A stretch of DNA of 64,000 bases from an uncultured delta proteobacterium (GCA_963761335.1 CAVXGR010000024.1:96001-160000); one strand, 5' to 3'. Shown: positions 41,269-51,528, counted from the first letter of the stretch. The notes: generated by a model not told the origin, from the letters alone. Program-made: numbers and translations.

Positions 41269-41461
41269 GGGGACCGAGAGCGGCGAGCTGCACGGCTACC
41301 GGCGGCGCCTGATGGCGCATCATCTGCAGGTGAATCGATGCGCATCGGCCGACCGTCGGGCACACGGCGCTGCTCGCCGATGCGGCATGGACGACGTAGA
41401 CGACGAACAGAATGGCGCCGGCGATTCCCCAGGGAAAAGCGGAGGAGCGTTTGCGATTCAC
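41252..41461 (-). CDS. Possible small membrane or exported protein (69 aa)
   Basis: Basic N-terminus plus a hydrophobic helix; fills the gap between co-oriented genes; no recognisable motif. Confidence 0.3.
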   Translation of the reverse strand: MNRKRSSAFPWGIAGAILFVVYVVHAASASSAVCPTVGRCASIHLQMMRHQAPPVAVQLAALGPRVSVH

Positions 41462-41533
41462 GGTTCGCAGAATAGCGCACCTGCGGTGGCCCGGGCAAGA
41501 ACGCCTTTCGCTCTCCGCGGGGCCCCCCGATGT

Positions 41534-44500
41534 CTACTGCGCGATCAGCTCCAGCGTGGTGACCGCATCGCCGATGGTCTGCGCATCGAGCGCGACGAAT
41601 ACACCGCCGAGCTTGGCGCCGCTGAGTCCGTTGTGGCGGAGACTCGCGCAGAAGAACGACGCCCCGTTGACGGAAACGGAGATTTCCTGTCCGGAGAAGT
41701 TGTTGGCGTCCTCAATTGTCCCCGTGGACATTCCCGTGGTCAGGAACACGTCCACCGGCGACGGCGGTGAGGACGGGGTGTCGTCGGCGGTGCACGCCTG
41801 GCCGTCCGGACCGTACTCCGATTCGCTGGAGAGCTCGGTGATGCTCACCTGCTGGGTGAAGGTCATGGCACCGGCCGCATAGATGCCACTCAAGGTGTCC
41901 TGGACCGGCCCATTGCAGACCCCGCTGTGCTTGGGATTGGTGTCGGCGGTCCCGTTCGCGCAGCCGGGGTCGATGTCGTTGGTATTGTGATCCTGGGTCA
42001 CCGTCAGGTTGGCGTCACTGGTGCCGCCATCGCAGTCGATGACGCCCGTGCCGTCGGACTCCGCCCGGATGCAAACCGCAGAGACGCCCGGCAGCCCCGG
42101 ATATACCGGGTCGAAATGGACGCTGTCTCTGGGAACGGCGACTGGCGCCGTCCCGCCCGCGTCCTCGACGCCGATATCCAGCCCGAGCTGCCCGGTGAGA
42201 TTGAAGCTGATGTCCAGAACTCCCTTGAGTCGGGCACGGCTTCCGGAGGCGAGCGTGAAGATATGTGAGCCAATGGGTGGCACGCCCGTGGGGGTGACCG
42301 TGGGCGTTCGCGTGATCGTCGGGGTTGGGGTGATCGTTCGCGTCGGCGTCACCGTGGGTGTCGGTGTCGGCGGCGGCGGGCTGAAGCCCATGTAGATGGC
42401 AGTGCAGCTGACGTTGTATCCGGATCCGTAGCCGAAAATCTGCAGCCCCTCGAAGGGTGGCAGCGGAATCGCCGCGAACAGGTCTCCGAGAGACGAGGCG
42501 GCGAGCGGAAACAGCTCGACGAGCTTGGTCTCGAGCGCCGACTCGTTCGCCGAGATCGGATTGTCGACCACGCGGAAGTTGGTGATCTTGAGCGTGCCGA
42601 TCTTGGGAGCGATCGTCTCGCCGAGCGCGCCGAGCGTCAACGGCAGCTCGAAGACGACCGTGGCGGAGACCAGCGGCACCGGCGTTCCCGAGTCGTCGGC
42701 GACCACATCAATGCGGTAGTTGGGGATGACGATCACGATGTCGCCCTCGCCGGGCTGGGGCGGGCGAGCCACGCCGGCGACCGTAGGCTTGAGCAGCAGG
42801 CTCACCGCGCAGCCCGGACATGTGGCTTCGTAAACGGGGTCGCCGAAGAGCAGGGTGAGCAGCGACGTGGTGAGCGGGATGGTGCCGCCGCCTCCGGCCG
42901 GATCGGGAATCTCGGAGATGTTCTGGTTCAGCAGGCCCTGCTGCATGAAGGCCGCAAACGTCCGGTTGATGAATCCGTCCGAGAGACAGAAGCTCAGGTC
43001 GTAGGGGGTCGATGTGCTCGGGATCATCGGGCCGAGAACCGGCGGTGCCGGAATGTTCGGTGCCAAGGTCTCCGTGATCGGGGGCGCATCCGGGACCGGG
43101 CTCTGCGCGGTGACGTTCGAGTCGATGTCGAAGGTCACGCCATCCGAGTCCTCGACCACGTCCGCGTATGCCGCGTCGATCTCGACGCCGAGCGACGCGC
43201 CGAGCGGCCCGCTGATGTCGATTCCCGCCAGCGTCTGGTTCAGGCCGTCGGGCAGCTCCGACTCGATCTGGCTCGAGAACTCCGACTCGAGGCTGCCCTC
43301 CACGTCGATGAAGAAGCCGCCCAGAGCGCAGAGGCCACCGGCGCCGGATAGGGTGGCGTTGCCGTTGGTGAAGGTGACGTTGATGCTGTTGGTGATCGCC
43401 TCGAAGCCGTTGCCGTCGGGCGGGATCGGCTGCAGGTCGGCGGAATAGAAGATGTTGACGTTGTCGGCGTCGTAATCGACGTCGCAGCTGAAGCCGGCGC
43501 CCGAGTCGGCGTTCTGGACATAGAGGTGGAAGGTCGGGATGTCGATGCTCAAAGTGACGGCGTGCGATCCGGCGGCCCGGAGAGTGGCGAGGAATCCGCC
43601 GGTCGAGAACTCGGTGATGGTGCCGCCGTTCACCTGCATGCCGATGAAGTGGTCTGGGCTGAAGGCGTCTTCCAGGGCGCTCAGGATGAGGTCCTGGACG
43701 GCGGCAAACCCCGAGTTGTTGAGACGATTGAAGTTTGCGTTCGGCAGCCGGGTGGTCAGCGGCAGAGCCGCGCCCTTGAGCACGACGACGGAGTCCTTGT
43801 TGGTCGTGCCCAGGCCGAACGACTGGACCGAAGCCTCGACGATGTTGACGCCGTCGGCGCCCAACGGCACCGACGTCGAGAAGCTTCCCGTGCTGTTGTC
43901 GAAAGCCGTCAGAGTGCCGCCGACCAGGAGAACATCCGCCTTGGTCAAGTCACCGATGACCTCTCCCGAAACGGTGGTGGAGGAGGAGTCGGTGATCGTC
44001 CCAGTCGGCGGCGAGGTGATGAGGACATCCGGCGCCAGGCTTCCGAGATTGAACTTGACGTTGGTGGTCCCGGTGAAGACGCCGCGGTAGGTGCGGGCGC
44101 GCACGGTGATCGGGAAGCTGGTCTGCTGCGGATTGGGTACCGAGATGTCGGTCTTGAAGAGGCCGCTGGACTGGTTGTAGGCGGCCGGCTCTCCGCCGTT
44201 CACCATCATGTCGATGACGTAGCCGGCGTGTGGGAGATTGGCCATGGTCGCGGCGACGCTGACGATGGCGGGGAGCGCCGGGGGAGAGATGATCTGGTTG
44301 GCGGTGGGCTCGATCAGGCTCACGAAGGGATTGGCGCCCGGGTGCACGGAATCGACGACGCGCTGTGCGCCGTCGCGAACCGTGGCCATGTGCGTCGACA
44401 GATCGCCGCCGGTGAGAGCTGCGAGGGCCGCTGGGGTGCAGCCGCGGCTGATGTGGTTCTCGGCTCGCGAGAAGGCCTGATCCACCTTGTCGAGGTCTTG

Positions 44501-45025
44501 GGAGCCGCAGGAGTCGCCGCAGCGTCCCAGGGTGCGTATCAGCTTCTTGGCGGCGTGCGCCGTCTGGGCGGTGATGATTCTGGCGCACTTCTCATCACTC
44601 GGGGTCATGACGGTGGAGTTGCGCCCGTAGACGGAATCGATGACTTCCCGACCCTCGCCGGCGGCTGCCCCCGAGACGCCGACCGCCAGCTTGGAGGCGC
44701 TCCCATAGCCGAGCGCAGCCGCGGAATCGCCGCACGCCGCGATCAGGCTGATTTGGGCCTTGGCTAGCTTGGTCTGGATGCGGGCGTCCCGAAGAGGTTG
44801 CGGGCACTCCCTTCCCTTGGCGATGAGGTCGGAGCATTTGCGGATCTCGCGGGCCGTAGCAGAGTACATCGAGGCTGCCTTGGCCGCGATTCGCATGCGG
44901 CACCTGTCCGCCGACGTAGCGGCGTCCGCTGTGCTGCTCAGAGCGAGGCCAAGCCCGAGCAGCAAAAGAGCCGCCGTCAGTCGCTCCGGCGCGCTTCCAT
45001 TCCGTCCACTCCAGCACCTTCCCAC
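41534..45025 (-). CDS. Large secreted multidomain protein (Cys-rich N-terminus, Ig-like region, BPI/LBP-like core, PT linker, Cys-rich C-terminal domain)
   Basis: AAGGAGGTG RBS before GTG 45025, signal peptide ending ADA-A, paired cysteines, PPPTPTPTVTPTRTITPTPT linker. Confidence 0.8.
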   Translation of the reverse strand: MGRCWSGRNGSAPERLTAALLLLGLGLALSSTADAATSADRCRMRIAAKAASMYSATAREIRKCSDLIAKGRECPQPLRDARIQTKLAKAQISLIAACGDSAAALGYGSASKLAVGVSGAAAGEGREVIDSVYGRNSTVMTPSDEKCARIITAQTAHAAKKLIRTLGRCGDSCGSQDLDKVDQAFSRAENHISRGCTPAALAALTGGDLSTHMATVRDGAQRVVDSVHPGANPFVSLIEPTANQIISPPALPAIVSVAATMANLPHAGYVIDMMVNGGEPAAYNQSSGLFKTDISVPNPQQTSFPITVRARTYRGVFTGTTNVKFNLGSLAPDVLITSPPTGTITDSSSTTVSGEVIGDLTKADVLLVGGTLTAFDNSTGSFSTSVPLGADGVNIVEASVQSFGLGTTNKDSVVVLKGAALPLTTRLPNANFNRLNNSGFAAVQDLILSALEDAFSPDHFIGMQVNGGTITEFSTGGFLATLRAAGSHAVTLSIDIPTFHLYVQNADSGAGFSCDVDYDADNVNIFYSADLQPIPPDGNGFEAITNSINVTFTNGNATLSGAGGLCALGGFFIDVEGSLESEFSSQIESELPDGLNQTLAGIDISGPLGASLGVEIDAAYADVVEDSDGVTFDIDSNVTAQSPVPDAPPITETLAPNIPAPPVLGPMIPSTSTPYDLSFCLSDGFINRTFAAFMQQGLLNQNISEIPDPAGGGGTIPLTTSLLTLLFGDPVYEATCPGCAVSLLLKPTVAGVARPPQPGEGDIVIVIPNYRIDVVADDSGTPVPLVSATVVFELPLTLGALGETIAPKIGTLKITNFRVVDNPISANESALETKLVELFPLAASSLGDLFAAIPLPPFEGLQIFGYGSGYNVSCTAIYMGFSPPPPTPTPTVTPTRTITPTPTITRTPTVTPTGVPPIGSHIFTLASGSRARLKGVLDISFNLTGQLGLDIGVEDAGGTAPVAVPRDSVHFDPVYPGLPGVSAVCIRAESDGTGVIDCDGGTSDANLTVTQDHNTNDIDPGCANGTADTNPKHSGVCNGPVQDTLSGIYAAGAMTFTQQVSITELSSESEYGPDGQACTADDTPSSPPSPVDVFLTTGMSTGTIEDANNFSGQEISVSVNGASFFCASLRHNGLSGAKLGGVFVALDAQTIGDAVTTLELIAQ

Positions 45026-45256
45026 TCGAGCACCTCCTTGCCAGCTGCGGGCTGCCGTTTCCCCTGGGTCAATTGTGCTGCAAGTGGCGCCTGCTTGTTA
45101 AGTTGCGATTGTCCTTAGCGGACCTGCAGGTGTCTTTAGGTGAAAGAACAGCAGAAGGGGGGCCGGCTCTCAGTGGAATGGAGAACGACGCGACCGAGAC
45201 TGAGAACCGGGAATGTGAACGCAGGGCCGGCAGGCGGGGAGTGACCGGGCAGCGAC

Positions 45257-47068
45257 TCAGCCGAGCTGTCGGGCCAGATCGATGGCCTCGTCGAGGAAGC
45301 CGCGCAGCAGCCGCAGACCGCGCCTCCAGAAGTCCGGCGCCTCGATGTCGATGCCGGTGCGGCGCAGAAGGGCGCTCGGGCTGTCGGAGCCGCCGGCGGA
45401 GAGAAGCTCGAGGTACCGGGACACGAAGCTCGTCCCCTCGCGGCGGTAGGCGTCGTACAATGCCAGGACGAGCAGCTCACCGAAGCCGTAGGCGTAACAA
45501 TAGAAAGGCGAGTGCACGAAGTGCGAGATGTAGCTCCACCAGCGCCGGTAGTCGGCTGTCAGCCGCACCCCCTCGCCATACATCCGATGATTGGCTTCCA
45601 TCCACAGCTCGCCGATGCGCTCGGCGGACAGCTCGCCCTCGGCGCGCCGGGCGCCGTGCAGGGACTGCTCGAAGCGGGTCAGGGCGATCTGCCGGAAGAC
45701 GGTCGCGAAGCTCTCCTCGAGCTTCTGGCAGAGAAGGGCGAGTCGACGGCGCGGGTCCGACTGCTGGCGGCGCAGGCGGTCGAAGACCAGCATCTCGCCG
45801 AACACACTCGCCGTCTCCGCGGTGGTCAGCGGTGTGTCCGCCTGCAGGTATCCCTGCGGCCGGGACAGGTACTGGTGCACACCGTGGCCGAGCTCGTGCG
45901 CCACGGTCATGACGTCGCGGGCGCGGCCGGTGTAATTGACGAGCACGTACGGGTGCGCCGACGGCACCGTGCTGGCACTGAAGGCGCCGCCGCGCTTGCC
46001 GTCGCGCAGCTCGGCGTCGATCCACGAGCGCTCGAAAAACTCGGAGGCGATCTCCGCCATGCGCGGCGAGAAGTCGGCATAGGCGGCGAGCACGGTCTCG
46101 CGGCACCCCTCCCAGGGGATCTCCGGCGGCTCGTCGGAGAGCGGCGCGTAGCGGTCGTAGTCGTCGATCCGTTCGAGGCCGAGGAGGCGGGCCTTGAGAA
46201 GATAGTACTCGGACACCATGCCGACCTCTTCCTCGCAGGCGTCCATCAGGCGCTCCACGGCGGCGGCGTCGATCTCGTTGGCCAGGTGGCGTGACTGCAT
46301 GGGCTCCGCATACGAGCGCAAGCGGTCGTCGACCGCATGGTCCTGGACGAGGGTGTTGAAGATCGCGGTGATCACCAGCTCGTTCTCTTTGAGCCCCGCG
46401 GTGAGCGAGGCGGCCGCGGCACAGCGCACCGAGCGGCGGCCATCGCTCAGTAGGGCCAGCACTCCGCTCTCGTTGAGGGTCTGCCGCTCGCCGTCCACCT
46501 CGACCTCGAAGCGCAGTGAGGCGAGCAGATCGTCGAACAAGCGACTGAAGGCGCGCTCGCCGGTGTTGGCCTTCTCCTCGAGAAGGAGCTCTTCCGGCTC
46601 GGAGAGGACGTGGGGGCGGTAGCGACGCGACGCCTCGAGAAAATGTCGGTAGAGAGCGCAGGCCGGCGCCTCGATCACCTGCCGCGCCTGCTCGTCGGGG
46701 AGCGCCAGCCACTCCAGATGAAAGAAGTGCAGCGCGTTTCTGATCTCCGTGCCGCGCTCCTGGGTCCACGCCACCAGGGCGCCGTGGCGTGCCGGTCGCG
46801 CATCGGCGGCGTGCAGCAGGTGCGCGTAGATCTGCGGCTTATCGCCGGTCTCCAGGATTGCCGCCAGCTCGTCGAGGGCCCCCTTGAGCAGCTCCGCGGA
46901 AGGACCGCCGGGGACATCGACGCGACCCCGATAGCGCTCGGCGAAGACCCGAGCCCGGCGCAGGGCCTCGTCCAGATCGCGCTGCAGGGAGGGATCGTCG
47001 GCGGAGAGGTACAGGTCGTCGAGCCGCCAGCGGACGTCGGCGGCGGTCAGGGAGTCGGTGGCCACCAT
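45257..47068 (-). CDS. M3B family oligoendopeptidase F
   Basis: WRLDDLY, GKRGGAFS, HELGH, AETASVFGE, HF..PFYCYAY. Likely ATG at 47068. Confidence 0.95.
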   Translation of the reverse strand: MVATDSLTAADVRWRLDDLYLSADDPSLQRDLDEALRRARVFAERYRGRVDVPGGPSAELLKGALDELAAILETGDKPQIYAHLLHAADARPARHGALVAWTQERGTEIRNALHFFHLEWLALPDEQARQVIEAPACALYRHFLEASRRYRPHVLSEPEELLLEEKANTGERAFSRLFDDLLASLRFEVEVDGERQTLNESGVLALLSDGRRSVRCAAAASLTAGLKENELVITAIFNTLVQDHAVDDRLRSYAEPMQSRHLANEIDAAAVERLMDACEEEVGMVSEYYLLKARLLGLERIDDYDRYAPLSDEPPEIPWEGCRETVLAAYADFSPRMAEIASEFFERSWIDAELRDGKRGGAFSASTVPSAHPYVLVNYTGRARDVMTVAHELGHGVHQYLSRPQGYLQADTPLTTAETASVFGEMLVFDRLRRQQSDPRRRLALLCQKLEESFATVFRQIALTRFEQSLHGARRAEGELSAERIGELWMEANHRMYGEGVRLTADYRRWWSYISHFVHSPFYCYAYGFGELLVLALYDAYRREGTSFVSRYLELLSAGGSDSPSALLRRTGIDIEAPDFWRRGLRLLRGFLDEAIDLARQLG

Positions 47069-47236
47069 GGGACGGACCTTGCCGTCCGAACGGAATGGTT
47101 TCAAGGTCCGATCTGCCTGGAGTGCGGCCGGGCCGGCCGCAAGTGCCGTTCAAAGAGAGAGGCGGCCGCCGCTCCCAGCGCTTGTGGCTCAGAGCGACCT
47201 CCGCTAATCATGGCTGCTTGATGGAGGAGCAACTGC

Positions 47237-47851
47237 ATGAGTGACGCGAAAGTCCGCCACGTCGTATGGCACGCCAGCACGGTGACCCGCGAGGAACGTG
47301 AGCGTCTCGGAGGACACCGCGGCTGCACGGTGTGGCTGACGGGGCTTTCCGGGTCCGGCAAGTCGACGGTGGCCAACGCCCTCGAGAAGACGCTGTGGGA
47401 ACGCAACGTGCGCGCCTACGTCCTCGACGGCGACAACATCCGCCACGGCCTGAACAAGGATCTCGGTTTTTCTCCCGAGGATCGCACCGAGAACATCCGC
47501 CGCATCGGCGAGGTGGCGAAGCTGTTCACCGACGCCGGTCTGGTGGCCATCACCGCCTTCATCTCTCCCTATCGCGCCGACCGCGACCAGGTGCGCGCCA
47601 TCATGGCGGACGGGGATTTCGTCGAGATCTTCGTACAGGCGCCGCTGGAGGTCTGCGAGCAGCGGGACCCGAAAGGCCTCTACAAGAAGGCGCGCGCCGG
47701 CCAGATTCCCGAGTTCACCGGGATCTCCGCGCCCTACGAGGAGCCGCTCGCGGCGGAGATCACGCTGAGCACCGATCGCGAGAATCCCGAGCAGTGCGTT
47801 GGGCGCATCCTCGATTATCTGGTCTCCAAGGGCTACCTCAGCGAGGGCTGA
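47237..47851 (+). CDS. cysC: Adenylyl-sulfate kinase
   Basis: [42 protein letters not shown]. Confidence 0.97.
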   Translation: MSDAKVRHVVWHASTVTREERERLGGHRGCTVWLTGLSGSGKSTVANALEKTLWERNVRAYVLDGDNIRHGLNKDLGFSPEDRTENIRRIGEVAKLFTDAGLVAITAFISPYRADRDQVRAIMADGDFVEIFVQAPLEVCEQRDPKGLYKKARAGQIPEFTGISAPYEEPLAAEITLSTDRENPEQCVGRILDYLVSKGYLSEG

Positions 47852-48015
47852 GCCGAGCAGCGTTTGCAAGTCGACGCTCTCGCCGCTTGCGACCGGCGGT
47901 TGCCAGCCGTCGCTCTCGCTCGAATGCGAGACCTCCCTTGCGGAACGACCAGTCAGTTCCGCCAGAGTGCGCGTCTTCTCGGGGTAAGGTGCCGACACCG
48001 GGGCTCGCCGTCCAT

Positions 48016-48032
48016 TTGGCACTCGCATTGCA
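48016..48032 (+). promoter_or_regulatory. Consensus sigma54 promoter
   Basis: TTGGCAC-TCGCA-TTGCA is an exact match to TGGCAC-N5-TTGCW, in a 525-bp intergenic gap. Confidence 0.75.
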
Positions 48033-48042
48033 ATCCCCTTTC

Positions 48043-48200
48043 GCAGGCAAATGACGGGTTGAGCAAAATGGCCCAACTCTCCCGTCAGCGAGTGGGCGGG
48101 AAGAAGGTCTTCCGGTGGGTTGTCATACCCGGCTCTCCCGCAGGGGGGCGCCCACTCGTATCCCTTCCCAGCGACCGAGATGTGGACGGCAGTCGGTCGC
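48043..48200 (+). ncRNA. Candidate structured sRNA or leader RNA
   Basis: Begins at the expected sigma54 start site. Hairpin 48052-48087, a multibranch domain closed by a perfect 10-bp stem (48089-48098/48149-48158), and hairpin 48171-48200. Confidence 0.4.
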
Positions 48201-48376
48201 GGAGACCGGGGGTAAAATTGGAAAACTCAAGGTACGTCGAGGTGATTCGCCATCGTGCGGCACGTGCGACGCGCCCCTCGGCGGTCGCGACCGCAGCTCT
48301 GCCCGGTTTCAGCCCCGCGCTTCGGCAGACCGGCCGCCGCGCCAGGGCGGCGGCTCGGAAGGGGAGCAGCATCACC

Positions 48377-48568
48377 ATGAAGTCCAGGGCGCGAGCGGAC
48401 AGAGGCCTGCGTCGCGGGCGGCGCCGGGAGCGGCTGGCGATGGCCATGTCGCCGCTGGCCGCCATAGGCGTTGATCAGCTGCGGCGTTGGTGGCTCGACG
48501 CCTTACTGGCCACCGGCTTCCTGGCGGTGGCCGGACTCTCCTTCTACATCCTCGTGCTCAGCCCGTGA
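48377..48568 (+). CDS. Small protein (63 aa), Arg-rich N-terminus and C-terminal TM helix
   Basis: GGAAGGGGAG upstream of ATG 48377; WWLDALLATGFLAVAGLSFYILVLSP. Confidence 0.5.
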   Translation: MKSRARADRGLRRGRRRERLAMAMSPLAAIGVDQLRRWWLDALLATGFLAVAGLSFYILVLSP

Positions 48569-48599
48569 GGCGGGCGAGGTGATCTGATTCGCACCGATC

Positions 48600-49613
48600 T
48601 CAACCGTTGAAGGTGCGCACGATCTCGCGCCAGCGCTGCGGGTCGCCTGTCCTGTAGGGGAGATAGAAGGCGACGCGGTCGAGGGTCCCGTCGTACTTTG
48701 TCTTCACCTTGTCGGCGATCTCGTCCCAGCGCCCGGTCACCGCGTAGACCTCGAGCATCTCGTCGGTGATCTCGGCGGCCATCCCCGCCCAATCGCCGCG
48801 CGCCGCCTTCTCGTTCAGGCGGTAGCAGGTGTCGCCCCAGCCGTGAGTCTCGAGCACGGCGCTGTAGGTCCGGGTCGACGCGTAAAAGGCGATCTGCTGG
48901 CGCACCGGCCCCTTGGCGGCCTCGATCTCGTCGGCGTTCTCGCCGGCGACCACGAAGGCCGTCGTCGACAGCGCACAGGTGTGCACATCGCGCCCCGCCT
49001 TTGCGGCGCCAGCGCGCAGGTTGGGCAGCGTGACCTGGTCGAGGTATTTGAGAGAGTGGAACGGGTGGATGTGGAAGCCGTCGCACAGCTCGCCGGCCAG
49101 CCGGCACATGTACTCGTTGACCCCGGCGATGTAGATGGGGATCTGCGGGTTTTCGATCGGACCGGGGTTGAAGAAGGGGGTCATCAGCGTGAAGTTGTAG
49201 AACTCGCCGGTGAAGCCCGGCCGCGTGCCGTGCTGCCAGCAGTCCCAGATCGCCCGGATGCATTGGATCATCTCGCGCAGCCTCGGACCCGGGCGGCCCC
49301 ATCTGGTTCCCAGCCGCCGCTCATTGTGCCCTTTGACCTGCGTGCCGAGGCCGAGGATGAAGCGTCCCCCGGAGGCCGCCTGCAGATCCCAGGCGATCTG
49401 CGCGAAGATCATCGGCGTCCGCGGGAAGGCCACCGCGATCGAGGTCCCCAGCTTCACCCGCGAGGTGTGCTCGGCCGCCAGCGCCAGGGGGAGGAAGGGA
49501 TCGTGACTGGTCTCCGCCGTCCACAGCGCCTCGAAGCCCATCTCCTCGGCGTGGCGGGCCTCCTCGGCGACGGCGCGCAGAGAGCTGGGCATGATTCCGG
49601 TATCGAGCTTCAT
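48600..49613 (-). CDS. LLM-class, probably F420-dependent oxidoreductase (MSMEG_2256-like)
   Basis: AETSHDPFL, GTSIAVAFPR.P, GRFILGLGTQV..HNERR, FTLMTPFFNPG, QIAFYAST; AAGGAGG RBS. Confidence 0.9.
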   Translation of the reverse strand: MKLDTGIMPSSLRAVAEEARHAEEMGFEALWTAETSHDPFLPLALAAEHTSRVKLGTSIAVAFPRTPMIFAQIAWDLQAASGGRFILGLGTQVKGHNERRLGTRWGRPGPRLREMIQCIRAIWDCWQHGTRPGFTGEFYNFTLMTPFFNPGPIENPQIPIYIAGVNEYMCRLAGELCDGFHIHPFHSLKYLDQVTLPNLRAGAAKAGRDVHTCALSTTAFVVAGENADEIEAAKGPVRQQIAFYASTRTYSAVLETHGWGDTCYRLNEKAARGDWAGMAAEITDEMLEVYAVTGRWDEIADKVKTKYDGTLDRVAFYLPYRTGDPQRWREIVRTFNG

Positions 49614-49769
49614 GGATGGCCTCCTTCTGGGGCGTGCCGCGATGGCGGCGGTGAGCTTCCGCGGTCCTAGCGGGGGGGCGCCGCCAAGTCAAAGATCCCG
49701 GCGTGCGGGAGCGTCCGGCTTGCATCGACGGCGTGGGCGCGGGAGAATCGCCGTACGGAGCCGGTGCCC

Positions 49770-50480
49770 ATGCGGTGCAAACATTGCAACGTCGACAACC
49801 ATAGCGACCACAACTTCTGCAAGAACTGCGGCGAGCCCCTGGAGATCTCGGCGCAGGAAGATGCCTGCCTGGGGATCGCCGAGCGCGCCCGCGACCACTA
49901 CCAGCGGCTGGTGCAGAGCCACCCCGGCAGCGCCGTCGCTCACTACAATCTCGGCATGGCCCTCTATCACCTCGGGCGCACCGATTCGGCCATCGTCGAG
50001 TTCCAGCGCGCCGCCGCCATCGATCGCACCTACGCCAGTGCTCACTTCCAGCTGGCGATCTGCTACTACCGCCGCGGCAAGGTGGCGGAGTGCATCGACG
50101 CCTGCCGCTCGGCACTGCAGTACAACCCCTCCTCGGTGCCCGCCAAGTACCGCCTGGCGCGATCCCTCTTCCACACCGGCCGCCTCGACGAGGCCCTCGA
50201 CACGTTCCGGCAGGTGGTCGACGCCGATTCGGGCTACGTCATCGCCAGCTACCACATCGGCGTCATCCACGAACGCCTGGGACAGACCGATGAGGCCGTC
50301 GCCGCCTTCGCGCGCGTGGCGGCGGAGAACCCCAATGACGCCTCGGCGCATTACCACCTCGGGGTGAACTACAAGCATCAGGGGCTCGACGACCTGGCGA
50401 TCGGCGAGTTCATGCGCGCCCTGCAGCTCGACCCGGCCGATCGCGCCTCCGAGGGCGAGATCCGCTCACTGCAGCGCTGA
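49770..50480 (+). CDS. Zinc-ribbon + TPR repeat protein
   Basis: CKHC...FCKNCG followed by 5-6 TPR units (AHYNLG, AHFQLA, AHYHLG). Confidence 0.88.
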   Translation: MRCKHCNVDNHSDHNFCKNCGEPLEISAQEDACLGIAERARDHYQRLVQSHPGSAVAHYNLGMALYHLGRTDSAIVEFQRAAAIDRTYASAHFQLAICYYRRGKVAECIDACRSALQYNPSSVPAKYRLARSLFHTGRLDEALDTFRQVVDADSGYVIASYHIGVIHERLGQTDEAVAAFARVAAENPNDASAHYHLGVNYKHQGLDDLAIGEFMRALQLDPADRASEGEIRSLQR

Positions 50481-50492
50481 GGGAACGCCGCT

Positions 50493-50744
50493 TCAGAGCG
50501 GCGGCGGCCGGCGGGTGTTCTGCTCGATGTCGAGCAGAACCTGCAACACCTCGACGGCAGCCATCACCGTCACCCAGGCGATGCCGGCGGCAACGAGGGC
50601 GATGATCAGGTCGATGAAGCCGGCGAAGCCGCCGGCGTCGCAGGCGCTGAGGACGCCGCTGAGAAGCAGGATGGCGGCGACGCCGGCGGCCAGTAGCTGC
50701 GCCGCTCCGGCGATGAAGCGGAGATATGGGTAGCGGTCTTCCAT
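50493..50744 (-). CDS. Small two-TM membrane protein
   Basis: RYPYLRFIA...VLLDIEQNTR pattern, two hydrophobic helices, GAGGTG RBS. Confidence 0.75.
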   Translation of the reverse strand: MEDRYPYLRFIAGAAQLLAAGVAAILLLSGVLSACDAGGFAGFIDLIIALVAAGIAWVTVMAAVEVLQVLLDIEQNTRRPPPL

Positions 50745-50829
50745 CAGAGCACCTCGGCGGCCGACATCGCGGGCGACGCCGGCAGGATGGCTCCCGTGCT
50801 AGCGAATTTGCGCCGCCATCACAACGGCG

Positions 50830-51528
50830 TCAGCGTGCCCGATAGCGGAAGCTGCGGCTCCGCCGGCTCGATCCCTGCAGCTCGATGAAGAGGAGGCCGC
50901 GCACCACCATGGCGTAGTAGGCGAGCAGGGCGATCACCGCGTCCTGAGCGATCTGCAGGAATCCGGGCGATGGCGCGGCGCTGAGGCCGACGAGGATCGC
51001 CGCCATCACCAGGTTCGCCGGAAACCACTCGATCCAGTTCTCCGAGATGAAGGCGTAGCTCTCCCGCAGCAGATCGAGAACGGAGAAGTGGCCCAGATAG
51101 ATGAGCTCGGGGACGGCGTTGAAGAAGACGAAGAAGGCGAGCTGGATGCACAGCAGGATCACGACGCCCTGCTGGAGCTGGAGAATCGCCGGCGTGGCGA
51201 ACTGAAAGAACAGCCAGAAGACGAAGGTGACGCCGATGACGTCCCACAGGTGTGCCCCGAAGCTGTGGCGGAAGTCCTCGAACGAGACCCGCGAGGTGCG
51301 GATCATCGTCTCGACCAGCGCCAGGAAGGAGCTGACGCAGGCGGCCCACAGGAAGCTCAGCAGAAAGCCGCCAAAAATGCCGAGCGGGGCGGCGATCTGG
51401 ACGCCGACCAGCAGAATCGTCGAGTAGACGAAGACGGTGCCGAGCACCGGCCAGTTGGTCAGCGCCAAGCGCGCCCCGCGGGTGAAGGCCTCGGCGTAGA
51501 GCCGGACGGTGACCTTCAGCCACTCCAC
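50830..51528 (-). CDS. Hypothetical integral membrane protein
   Basis: 232 aa, about six TM helices, FNAVPELIY and FISENWIEWF. Confidence 0.78.
   Translation of the reverse strand: MEWLKVTVRLYAEAFTRGARLALTNWPVLGTVFVYSTILLVGVQIAAPLGIFGGFLLSFLWAACVSSFLALVETMIRTSRVSFEDFRHSFGAHLWDVIGVTFVFWLFFQFATPAILQLQQGVVILLCIQLAFFVFFNAVPELIYLGHFSVLDLLRESYAFISENWIEWFPANLVMAAILVGLSAAPSPGFLQIAQDAVIALLAYYAMVVRGLLFIELQGSSRRSRSFRYRAR

Noticed and set aside
48089..48158. Cloverleaf as a tRNA, or GGCAAA at ~48046 as a c-di-GMP-I riboswitch
   Set aside because: No T-loop GTTC, D-loop or 7-nt anticodon loop, and the riboswitch's GAAA tetraloop and GACGCAAAG elements are absent.
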